Positions 8,885 to 16,866 of a DNA stretch of 32,736 nucleotides are shown here, piece by piece. Below the pieces are notes generated by a model. The model was not told where the DNA came from, made no database searches, and saw only the letters and a list, made by a program, of their open reading frames with translations. Both the position numbers and the translations under genes were made by a program. The DNA is taken from assembly GCA_051747085.1 (NCBI GenBank), contig JBNJFS010000003.1, positions 1 through 32,736 on the forward strand, written 5' to 3'. Source of the stretch: Bacteroidota bacterium (GTDB taxonomy: Bacteria; Bacteroidota; Bacteroidia; Bacteroidales; UBA12077). Numbering within the stretch: position 1 is the first letter of the stretch; each line of letters begins with the position of its first letter.

Positions 8885-8984
8885 TGGTATTTATTTTAAA
8901 TTTAATTGTTTTTTTATGGTTGATTTAAAAATCAATAATACGAAAAAAAAATCAAGTAGCCAATATGGTTAAAGGATTTTTATG

Positions 8985-9998
8985 TTAGCGAAAATAATCA
9001 ATTTCTTTTAATAAAGGATCAAAAATATAATATTGAATAATGATTAACTCATTATTTTGATTAAAAATTGCATATGCCCTGTTATAATCAAACGGTACTT
9101 TATTCCCAAACTCATCAAATTCCTGTTCAGCAGGTTTTCTGAAAATAGTTATGCTGTTTGTATAATTGTCGACATCGGTAACACTGATTTTACAATAAGG
9201 TTCCGACTTTAAAAGGGAATCTTTTTTATGTTCCGATAATTCCTTCTCAATATGCTCAAACGCTATCTTTTGAAAATAGGTAAAATACCGAACCACTTTC
9301 TTTACATTAAAATCTTCCACAAAAATATTCTCCCCTTCATTTTTTAAGGCAAAGGTACCATCACTCATATGAATCACCTCGAATGAATTAGAGGGTTCTT
9401 TTGGATATTCAACATGAATAGCTTTAATATTTTGTGGTTGATAATCAAAAATCGTTTTATCGCGCCATAAACTTTCATCCGTTATAAACAACTCAGCTAC
9501 CAATCCTTTAAAAGAAGGAATACGCACAACAATCGGCTCTCCCCTTTTAGCCATCATCATATACGTTTTTTTTGTATTTATTTCGGGTGTACTTACATAA
9601 TATTTTCTTATTGTACGGTTATTACTTAAAATCTCAACCAGTTTACCTTCCTCTTCCAATATTTCGGCAGCTTGTTTCTTTTCATTCGCTGACAAAGGTT
9701 TAGAAACTTGAATTCGGTTTAATGCCATAAGAAAATTATCAACCAAACGTTGCCTGGCGATATATTTATCATTAATTTTCCACTGGGCGTTTTCTTTAAC
9801 AAGTGTAAATGTTTTGTTCGCAGAGGAGATTTGAATTTTATCAATTTTCTCTGTTGATTCTACTGCAAAATTAAATCTCCGCTGATTAATTGTTCCTTTG
9901 TTTTCGGTAAAGAAATAAATAACAGCGATTATGAATAAAACAAGTGCAATAAAAAGGATTTTATAGGTATTATCCAGGTTTTTCAGTTGTCGTTTCAT
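8985..9998 (-). CDS. DUF4340-like membrane-anchored protein cotranscribed with gldG
   Basis: 337 aa with an N-terminal TM anchor (ILFIALVLFIIAVIYFF). The ATG directly abuts the gldG stop with 0-nt spacing. From memory, a DUF4340 gene sits at this position downstream of gldG in Bacteroidota. Family call not verified. Confidence 0.5.
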   Translation of the reverse strand: MKRQLKNLDNTYKILFIALVLFIIAVIYFFTENKGTINQRRFNFAVESTEKIDKIQISSANKTFTLVKENAQWKINDKYIARQRLVDNFLMALNRIQVSKPLSANEKKQAAEILEEEGKLVEILSNNRTIRKYYVSTPEINTKKTYMMMAKRGEPIVVRIPSFKGLVAELFITDESLWRDKTIFDYQPQNIKAIHVEYPKEPSNSFEVIHMSDGTFALKNEGENIFVEDFNVKKVVRYFTYFQKIAFEHIEKELSEHKKDSLLKSEPYCKISVTDVDNYTNSITIFRKPAEQEFDEFGNKVPFDYNRAYAIFNQNNELIIIQYYIFDPLLKEIDYFR

Positions 9999-11696
9999 CT
10001 AAACGGTATATTTTCTTTTTCTGATATAAATTAAGATTCCTCCAAAAATAAAAATAAAGATAACCGGAATAATCGTATTAATAAGTTGCCACCTCAATCT
10101 TTGGTCAATTATTTTAGCTTTATCCAGAATACGAAGCTTAAATTCACGTGAACGTAACTCGAGTAATCCTTTTTGATCAACCAGATAATGTAAGGCATTC
10201 ATAACAAATTCTTTGTTTCCATAAGTTTGTTTGGTGTATCTGTCGTAACCCAATGGAGAGATAAAAATTCCATCGGCACGCTCTCTCACCTCGTTTCGAA
10301 TAATATCCGCGTCAGCAACGACAATCATTTCTGTAGGTTCACTCGTTTCTTTAAAAGAAACGTCATTATCACCAACAATATTCTCAAGAAACCGGTTCTT
10401 AAATACCGATTCAAACGAACCTTCCAGTAAGACAGCAATGGGTAAATTAGATTGATTAAATGCTCCGGGATTAATTTGCTCCTGTACCTGGGCCAGGTTA
10501 ACCAATAAGGGAGCATCTAAAACCCGTGCATGGGCCGAAGATGATAATAATACTTTTTTTGATATATTACTTCCAACACCTACAGTATCAATAACTCCGG
10601 GGAATTCAGTTTTAATTAAATTCAAACTTTTGGTTACAGGGTGATTATCCGGCGGGATAAGTAAAGGGTAATATAACCAGGGAGCAGGAACAAATTTGGG
10701 TTGTGCACCACCAGCTGCTGTGTTAACAGGAATTAAAGCACATTGTACATCCTGAATAACATTAGGATTAATACGTACCCCATATTTAAAAAGCTGATCA
10801 TTAAGATTAACATCGTTAATTAATGCAAAAGTAGAACTCCCGGTTGATAAGGTATCCATATTTACAGATACGGCATCAATAAACCAAAGCACTTTTCCTC
10901 CATTCATAATATACTGGTCAAGAATAAACTTGCTTTTTTCTGTATACTTTTCTTTAGGTCCGGCTATTATAACTGCATCATACGGATCGAGGATGCCAAA
11001 ATATTCTTTAATGGTTAACCTGTCGATGGAGTAGTACTCAGCCAGTTCACGTGTAATGTCACCTGTTTCATATTCATCCAATTCGCTTTGGCCTTCGATA
11101 AAAGCTATCTTTTTGTGCTTTTTGGATGTAATTTTCCGAATAGCATCAACAAAAGCATATTCCAAATCCTGAATTGAATTATTAAGATTAACTTCTGTAG
11201 AAAATGCAGGATTGTTTTTTAAAAAATTTACAGGAGTCTCTTTATCCCCATAAGTAATTATTGCTCCGGGAAATAACACTTTTTCTGCCATCCCTCCTTC
11301 TTCATCTCTTTCCTTTACATTTGAAGGCTCTAAACCTCTTTCATATAAATCCTGATATAAAGCGTTTCGTTTAGATTGATTGGTAGATTTTGAGGGGTTA
11401 ATAAAGGAATAATAGATATTTTCACCGGCAATAACCTGAAACTCATCAAGCATCTCTTTAATTGATTTTTGCATCCGTTGAAAACCAATGGGCATATCAC
11501 CCTCTAAGTATATTTCAATATAAACTATATCATCAAGCGAATCGAGCAATTCATGGGTTACCTCTGATAAAGTGTATCGTTTGTCTGAGGTTAAATCCAA
11601 ACGAAAGAAAGTTTGGGATGAGATATAATTGATTAGTAATATAACAATCAAAGCCAGAATTAATTGAATAATATTTTGTTTCTTATGATTTTTCAT
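9999..11696 (-). CDS. gldG: gliding motility-associated ABC transporter accessory protein GldG
   Basis: 565 aa. N-terminal TM then FFRLDLTSDKRYTLSEVT..., a large extracytoplasmic domain and a C-terminal TM (INTIIPVIFIFIFGGILIYI). Located immediately downstream of gldF. Confidence 0.85.
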   Translation of the reverse strand: MKNHKKQNIIQLILALIVILLINYISSQTFFRLDLTSDKRYTLSEVTHELLDSLDDIVYIEIYLEGDMPIGFQRMQKSIKEMLDEFQVIAGENIYYSFINPSKSTNQSKRNALYQDLYERGLEPSNVKERDEEGGMAEKVLFPGAIITYGDKETPVNFLKNNPAFSTEVNLNNSIQDLEYAFVDAIRKITSKKHKKIAFIEGQSELDEYETGDITRELAEYYSIDRLTIKEYFGILDPYDAVIIAGPKEKYTEKSKFILDQYIMNGGKVLWFIDAVSVNMDTLSTGSSTFALINDVNLNDQLFKYGVRINPNVIQDVQCALIPVNTAAGGAQPKFVPAPWLYYPLLIPPDNHPVTKSLNLIKTEFPGVIDTVGVGSNISKKVLLSSSAHARVLDAPLLVNLAQVQEQINPGAFNQSNLPIAVLLEGSFESVFKNRFLENIVGDNDVSFKETSEPTEMIVVADADIIRNEVRERADGIFISPLGYDRYTKQTYGNKEFVMNALHYLVDQKGLLELRSREFKLRILDKAKIIDQRLRWQLINTIIPVIFIFIFGGILIYIRKRKYTV

Positions 11697-11716
11697 TATC
11701 GATATTATTTAAAAGA

Positions 11717-12448
11717 TTACCACTTCCTACTTTGTAAGATGGTTTTGGTAATTAAAAGGAAAAAAGCAATAACACTAACAAAATAAATTACATCTCTACT
11801 GTCGATTACCCCTCTGCTCATAGATTTATAATGTTCATTTATACCCAGGTTAATGATAAAAACCTTTATAGATTCAAAGATTTGAAGTTCACTCATAAAA
11901 TCAAATCCAATGTAAGCAATAAAACTGAATAACATTCCAATGATAAAAGCCACAATCTGATTATCAGTAAATGATGATGATAATACACCAATCGACACAT
12001 AAATAGCAGCCAAAAAAAACAGTCCGATATAAGAACCCCATGTTCCTCCTATATCAATATTGCCAACAGGATTACCTAACTGATAAACAGAATAAAAATA
12101 AATTAATGTTGGTAATAATGAAAAAAGGACCAGTAGTAAAGCGGCCAGATATTTAGCAAAAATAATCTGAAAGTCAGATAAAGGACGGGTAAAAAGCAAT
12201 TCAATAGTCCCTGAATGTTTTTCGTCGGCAAACATACGCATGGTAACTGCAGGCACCAGGAATAAAAATATCCAGGGCGCAATGGTAAATAATGAATCGA
12301 GGGTAGCATAACCTCCATCAAGCACATTATTTTGACCGGGAAAAACCCAAATAAACAAACTATTAACTACCAAAAAAACAGTAATAACGATGTATCCTGT
12401 TAATGAACTGAAAAAACTATTAATTTCTTTTTTTAAGAGTGTAAACAT
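11717..12448 (-). CDS. gldF: gliding motility-associated ABC transporter permease GldF (ABC-2 type)
   Basis: 243 aa, 6 predicted TM helices. FADEKHSGTIELLFTRPLSDFQII motif typical of GldF/ABC-2 permeases. Confidence 0.85.
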   Translation of the reverse strand: MFTLLKKEINSFFSSLTGYIVITVFLVVNSLFIWVFPGQNNVLDGGYATLDSLFTIAPWIFLFLVPAVTMRMFADEKHSGTIELLFTRPLSDFQIIFAKYLAALLLVLFSLLPTLIYFYSVYQLGNPVGNIDIGGTWGSYIGLFFLAAIYVSIGVLSSSFTDNQIVAFIIGMLFSFIAYIGFDFMSELQIFESIKVFIINLGINEHYKSMSRGVIDSRDVIYFVSVIAFFLLITKTILQSRKW

Positions 12449-12470
12449 TTCCTTCCAATTTATTTGAACA

Positions 12471-12478
12471 CAAATTTA
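12471..12478 (-). promoter_or_regulatory. -7 promoter box for gldF operon (minus-strand TAAATTTG)
   Basis: Plus-strand CAAATTTA is the reverse complement of a TAnnTTTG match. It lies 22 nt upstream of the gldF ATG. Confidence 0.35.
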
Positions 12479-12527
12479 CTTTTTAAATGTTTTATTCAAA
12501 ATCATATCAATTAAATTTATCTATTGC

Positions 12528-12535
12528 TATTTTTG
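12528..12535 (+). promoter_or_regulatory. -7 promoter box (TATTTTTG)
   Basis: Exact TAnnTTTG match 25 nt upstream of the ATG at 12561. Confidence 0.4.
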
Positions 12536-12560
12536 TAATACATTTCATTAAACGGGTTAA

Positions 12561-13664
12561 ATGCTTTTTAAACGATTTATTCTTTTAATCATTATATTTT
12601 TTTATGCTTTTTCGTGTTTTGGGCAAATAGGAGGTTCTAAAACAAACGGGTTAGGTATTGAAATTGACTATGGTTATGGATTTATGATGCCACACCATAA
12701 AATGATTGAATATTTTGTTGAAGATCATATTCAAACGGTGGATATAAAATTTAATCAAGCCACATATGGAGAAAAATACTGGAATCAACTTTATCGTTAT
12801 CCCCATTACGGACTGGGATTTTATCGTTCTAACTTAGGTAACGATGCGGTTTATGGGATGGCCAATGCTCTGTATGCATACATAAAAGTACCTTTTTGGG
12901 GAAACCTGGAATCTTCAAATCTTAGCTGGCAAATAGGTTTTGGTGGTTCATATCTGACCAAACATTTTGATATCAATGAAAATCCTCAAAATTTAGCCAT
13001 TGGGACGAATTTAAATATTTATATAGATCTTAGCATTCAATCGCAAATCCCATTATCCAAAAGAATAAATTTAACCAACAACGTTAGATTTTCCCATTTC
13101 TCCAACGGAAAAGTGAAATCACCCAACAAAGGTTTAAATATAATATCCGGTTCGATTGGACTATTGTATCATTTAAACGAACCTCCCGGGAAATATCATC
13201 TGGAATTACCCAAAATAGAAAATAAAAACGAATATACTATAATTTATGCCGGGGGAATAAAAGCAAAATCGAGATATGAGCCGGGATATTTTTATGCCTC
13301 ATCATTCATGCTGAACTACCATCATAACTATTCATTGAAAAGACGCTGGAGTTTAGGAGCCGACCTGTTTTATGATGAAACGAAAAGACAATATCCGGAT
13401 AAGACTCAAAATGCAAATATGGTCAATCCCAATTTATACCAGGCAGGCTTACATGTTGGTCATGAAATGGTTCTGGGAGATTTAGCAATGATTATCAACC
13501 TGGGCGGATATATTTATGTTCCGGTTAAAGAAGACGCACCAATATACAGTCGTATAGGATTGCGTTATCGGTTTGCCGAAAAGTATATTGCAAACATAAC
13601 CCTAAAATCACATTGGGCTATTGCAAGTTATATTGAATGGGGTATTGGTTATACTTTTAAATAA
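12561..13664 (+). CDS. outer-membrane acyloxyacyl hydrolase / lipid A deacylase (PagL-like) beta-barrel
   Basis: 367 aa. Signal peptide, alternating beta-strand pattern, and a terminal aromatic residue (YTFK end). RFSHFSNGKV contains an H-x-S-N-G segment that I recall as the His/Ser catalytic motif of the PagL family. Not verified by search. Confidence 0.5.
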   Translation: MLFKRFILLIIIFFYAFSCFGQIGGSKTNGLGIEIDYGYGFMMPHHKMIEYFVEDHIQTVDIKFNQATYGEKYWNQLYRYPHYGLGFYRSNLGNDAVYGMANALYAYIKVPFWGNLESSNLSWQIGFGGSYLTKHFDINENPQNLAIGTNLNIYIDLSIQSQIPLSKRINLTNNVRFSHFSNGKVKSPNKGLNIISGSIGLLYHLNEPPGKYHLELPKIENKNEYTIIYAGGIKAKSRYEPGYFYASSFMLNYHHNYSLKRRWSLGADLFYDETKRQYPDKTQNANMVNPNLYQAGLHVGHEMVLGDLAMIINLGGYIYVPVKEDAPIYSRIGLRYRFAEKYIANITLKSHWAIASYIEWGIGYTFK

Positions 13665-13700
13665 CACACATTTAAAGTACTGATTTTAAATATAAAAGAT

Positions 13701-14423
13701 ATGAAAAAACTTGTTTATTTAATTCCGGTTTTATTTCTTTTTTGTTGTAATGAATCCTTATTTAATCAAGGAGAAATTATCACCCGGGAGATAAAAACCC
13801 AGTCGTTTCATAACATTGAAATCAATGATATTTTTGAGGTCTTTCTTTACCAGGATACTATTCAAAAAATAATTGTTAAAGGAGGAAGTAACCTTATACC
13901 TAATCTGGCTTTTGAGGTTAATCAGGAAAAAACACTAACCATTAATAATTTGAATAACGCAAGATGGTCAAGAGATTATGACAGAATTGAACTTCACATT
14001 ACAGTTGACAATCTTCGTTTTATTACACTTAATACCCCTTCTAACATTAAATGTATGGATACGTTAAAGATCAAAGAGCTGCAAATCTTTTCTATTGCTG
14101 ATTATTCAGAAATATCTATCTTAGTAAAGTGTGACTATCTTTATTTGGTTAACTCAGAAACATCCGGGGGGCAAATTACCCTAAAAGGGGAAGCTTACAG
14201 CTTTGGAGCATGGACCAGGGCATCTTTACAACTTTTTGCCGATGAATTTACAGCCCATAAAATCACCATTAAAAACGAAAGCATCGGTGATGCTTATATC
14301 CATTCAACCGAATACCTTTCTGCAGAAATTTTAAAAACAGGTTTAATCTATTACCGGGGAAATCCTGAAACCATTAAATATGTAAACGAAGAAGCTAAAA
14401 ATAAACTTATCAAGATCGATTAA
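13701..14423 (+). CDS. DUF2807 / head GIN domain lipoprotein
   Basis: 240 aa. Lipoprotein-like signal (LFLFCCN). Repetitive beta-solenoid-like segments and a C-terminal GLIYYRGNP motif typical of GIN-domain proteins. Confidence 0.5.
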   Translation: MKKLVYLIPVLFLFCCNESLFNQGEIITREIKTQSFHNIEINDIFEVFLYQDTIQKIIVKGGSNLIPNLAFEVNQEKTLTINNLNNARWSRDYDRIELHITVDNLRFITLNTPSNIKCMDTLKIKELQIFSIADYSEISILVKCDYLYLVNSETSGGQITLKGEAYSFGAWTRASLQLFADEFTAHKITIKNESIGDAYIHSTEYLSAEILKTGLIYYRGNPETIKYVNEEAKNKLIKID

Positions 14424-15546
14424 CATCCTTTTGCAAATAATGATAAAGCAATTTGGCAACTCTTTCTGAAGCCCCTGTTCCACCTAACTTTTTGCGTAAC
14501 TTTTCATAATTATCCAGCATTTCCTGTCGATAAACGTTATCGTAAAGGAGCTTATTTAACTCCGTTTCTAACTTATGTGCATTCATGTCAAACTGAATTA
14601 ACTCTTTAACTACCTCGGCATTCATTACTAAATTTACCAATGAAATATATTTTGTTTTTACAAACTGTTTAGCAATAAAGAAAGAAACATTTCCGGCTCG
14701 ATAGCAAACCACTTGCGGAACACTAAACAAAGCCGTTTCGAGGGTTGCTGTTCCAGAAGTTACGAGGGCTGCATCAGCATATTTTAACACATCATACGTT
14801 TGATTAAAAACCACGTTTACTTTATTGTTCTGAACAAATTTCTGGTAATAGGAAGGTTCAATAGAGGGAGCAGCAGCAATAACAAATTGATAATTTTTAT
14901 AATGATTAATAATCTCGAGCATCACACCCAGGTTTTTATCAATCTCTTGTTTACGACTTCCGGCTAATATGGCAATAATTGGTTTATTCTCCAGTTTGTT
15001 TTGATTAATAAATTCATCGAAACTACCCTCTTCATTTATTTTTTCCTGCACAGCGTCAAGCAAGGGATTACCTGCATAGTCAACCGGATAGTTATGTTTT
15101 TTAAAGTACTCTACCTCAAATGGAAAAATCACAAACATGCGGTCAACAAAAGCTTTTATTTTTTTTATTCGGGATTCTTTCCAGGCCCATATTTTGGGTG
15201 ATATGTAGTAGTATACCTTTATTCCTTTTGATTGGGCAAATTCGGCGATACGCAAATTAAATCCCGGATAATCTATTAAAATCAACACATCTGGATTATA
15301 CTGCAGAATATCTTTTTTGCAAATTTTAAGAAAATTATTGATTTTACGAAGATTTAAAACGACCTCCAAAAACCCCATGATAGCCGTTTCTTTATAATGC
15401 TTAACCAAAGAGCCGCCTTGATGTTGCATTAAATCACCTCCCCAAAAACGAAATTCAGCCTCTGAATCGACTTTTTTCAATCCTTTCATTAAATTAGAAC
15501 CGTGTAAATCGCCGGAAGCTTCGCCTGCTACTAAATAATATTTCAT
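14410..15546 (-). CDS. lpxB: lipid-A-disaccharide synthase
   Basis: 378 aa. MKYYLVAGEASGDLHGSNLMKGLK N-terminus and LVTSGTATLETALF C-terminal motif. Canonical LpxB. Confidence 0.92.
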   Translation of the reverse strand: MKYYLVAGEASGDLHGSNLMKGLKKVDSEAEFRFWGGDLMQHQGGSLVKHYKETAIMGFLEVVLNLRKINNFLKICKKDILQYNPDVLILIDYPGFNLRIAEFAQSKGIKVYYYISPKIWAWKESRIKKIKAFVDRMFVIFPFEVEYFKKHNYPVDYAGNPLLDAVQEKINEEGSFDEFINQNKLENKPIIAILAGSRKQEIDKNLGVMLEIINHYKNYQFVIAAAPSIEPSYYQKFVQNNKVNVVFNQTYDVLKYADAALVTSGTATLETALFSVPQVVCYRAGNVSFFIAKQFVKTKYISLVNLVMNAEVVKELIQFDMNAHKLETELNKLLYDNVYRQEMLDNYEKLRKKLGGTGASERVAKLLYHYLQKDVNRS

Positions 15547-15561
15547 TCTTTTTCGATAAAC

Positions 15562-15861
15562 TTATAAAGCAAACTTTGTAACAAATACAAAAATAGCAAA
15601 TACTATTGTTGCCATTAACACACCCCTTGCCGAATATAAATAGTTTAACCAGATAAAAACAAAAAAGAGAATCAGGTTTGGAATAACACACAAACTCACA
15701 ATTTTGGTAAAAACCTGTGTATCGATTAAATAATCTATTAGCTCTGTAAAAAAATATTGAGTAAACTTAGAATAATAGACAATCAACATCGTAACAATGG
15801 GAGCTAAAAAACCAAGAATCAGCCCTAAGGTAAAATTATTTAGTTTAGTTCTATATTTCAT
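15562..15861 (-). CDS. small integral membrane protein, unknown function
   Basis: 99 aa from MKYRTKL (M17 of the 115-aa track ORF), about 3 TM helices. Sandwiched between surE and lpxB and overlapping the surE stop by 11 nt. The longer start would overlap surE by 59 nt. Confidence 0.45.
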   Translation of the reverse strand: MKYRTKLNNFTLGLILGFLAPIVTMLIVYYSKFTQYFFTELIDYLIDTQVFTKIVSLCVIPNLILFFVFIWLNYLYSARGVLMATIVFAIFVFVTKFAL

Positions 15862-16630
15862 ATTTCCATTGCTTAAAGAAGTCCATTTTATCGTAGGCTG
15901 TAAAATCAATTTCTATAGGCACTATTGAGACAAAATTATTCCCTAATGCCCATTCATCAGTATCCGTAGAACCATTCTCGGCGTTTTCAAAATATCCGGT
16001 GAGCCAGAAATATTCACTATTGCGCGGGTCAACTCGTTTTTCAAACTCCTCTTTCCAAACCCCTTTAGCCTGCCGGCAAATTTTAACTCCTTTAATTTCT
16101 TCTTTGGTTGCCGGTGGAAAATTAACATTAAGACAGGTACTTTCGGGCAATCCGTTGATTAACGTATTTTCAACAATTTTACGCCCATATTGTATTGCAG
16201 CGGTAAAATCGGCATTGCTTGAATAATCAAGGTGAGAAAATCCAATGGATGGAATTCCATAGATACAACCTTCGATCACAGCACCCATCGTTCCCGAATA
16301 AACAATGCTCACTGAGGCATTGGAACCGTGATTAATACCAGAAACCAACAAATCAGGTGTCCGGTGAACAATTTCACTCATGGCCAGTTTAACGGAGTCA
16401 ACGGGTGTTCCGTTACAACCATAAATCGTTACGTTTTCTTCTTCTTTTAACTTTTTATACCGAATAGGAACTTTCACTGTTATGGCATGTGCCATTCCAG
16501 AGTTTCCATGTAAAGGAGCAACAACAATAACTTCCCCATAAGGTTTTACCATTTCAATGAGGGCATGAATCCCTTTTGCATGCACTCCATCATCGTTTGT
16601 AACTAAAATTAAAGGCTTATTCTTTTCCAA
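15851..16630 (-). CDS. surE: 5'/3'-nucleotidase SurE
   Basis: 259 aa. KPLILVTNDDGVHAKGI and SGINHGSN motifs. The start codon is TTG (rc of 16628-16630), with no in-frame ATG nearby. Confidence 0.92.
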   Translation of the reverse strand: MEKNKPLILVTNDDGVHAKGIHALIEMVKPYGEVIVVAPLHGNSGMAHAITVKVPIRYKKLKEEENVTIYGCNGTPVDSVKLAMSEIVHRTPDLLVSGINHGSNASVSIVYSGTMGAVIEGCIYGIPSIGFSHLDYSSNADFTAAIQYGRKIVENTLINGLPESTCLNVNFPPATKEEIKGVKICRQAKGVWKEEFEKRVDPRNSEYFWLTGYFENAENGSTDTDEWALGNNFVSIVPIEIDFTAYDKMDFFKQWKYEI

Positions 16631-16664
16631 TGTTCAACACTTTTTTAATTTATATTTACCATTG

Positions 16665-16672
16665 CAAAGATA
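16665..16672 (-). promoter_or_regulatory. -7 promoter box for surE-lpxB operon (minus-strand TATCTTTG)
   Basis: Plus-strand CAAAGATA is the reverse complement of a TAnnTTTG match. It lies 34 nt upstream of the surE TTG start. Confidence 0.35.
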
Positions 16673-16824
16673 TTCAATTCACCCGAGTTTCCATACAATC
16701 ATTTTTTAAATTATAGTTAAATTAGCTATAATCATTTACATACGATGTGTTAATAACAAAACCTTCATTATTTTTTCAACAGGAATTAATCCGGTTCAGG
16801 GATTAATACTTACTCATTTTTTTA

Positions 16825-16832
16825 TATTTTTG
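16825..16832 (+). promoter_or_regulatory. -7 promoter box (TATTTTTG) for pheT
   Basis: Exact TAnnTTTG match 34 nt upstream of the ATG at 16867. Confidence 0.35.
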
Positions 16833-16866
16833 CTCTTTATTTATATTAGTAAATTAATTTATTCTT

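Noticed and set aside
8885-8984. Replication origin (oriC) next to dnaN, given the TTGATTT-N2-AAATCAA palindrome at about 8918-8933
   Set aside because: There are no DnaA boxes (TTATCCACA-like) and no dnaA gene nearby, and the gap is only 100 nt. In Bacteroidota dnaN is commonly unlinked to dnaA/oriC. The palindrome is A/T-rich and may be chance or a local operator.
9999-12448. Absence of gldA next to gldF-gldG as an anomaly
   Set aside because: As I recall from Flavobacterium johnsoniae genetics, gldA is normally unlinked to the gldFG pair, so this is the expected arrangement.
15862-15909. Longer start (15909) for the small membrane protein between surE and lpxB
   Set aside because: It would overlap the surE coding region by 59 nt and adds a non-hydrophobic, non-conserved-looking 16 residues. 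The MKYRTKL start gives a typical positive-inside N-terminus. The choice is uncertain.
16631-16866. T-box riboswitch or pheM-like Phe-rich leader peptide upstream of pheT
   Set aside because: The 236-nt gap is shared with the divergent surE promoter. I found no ORF longer than 2 codons after any ATG, no Phe-codon run, no conserved T-box sequence (AGGGUGGNACCGCG-like) and no terminator/antiterminator pair.
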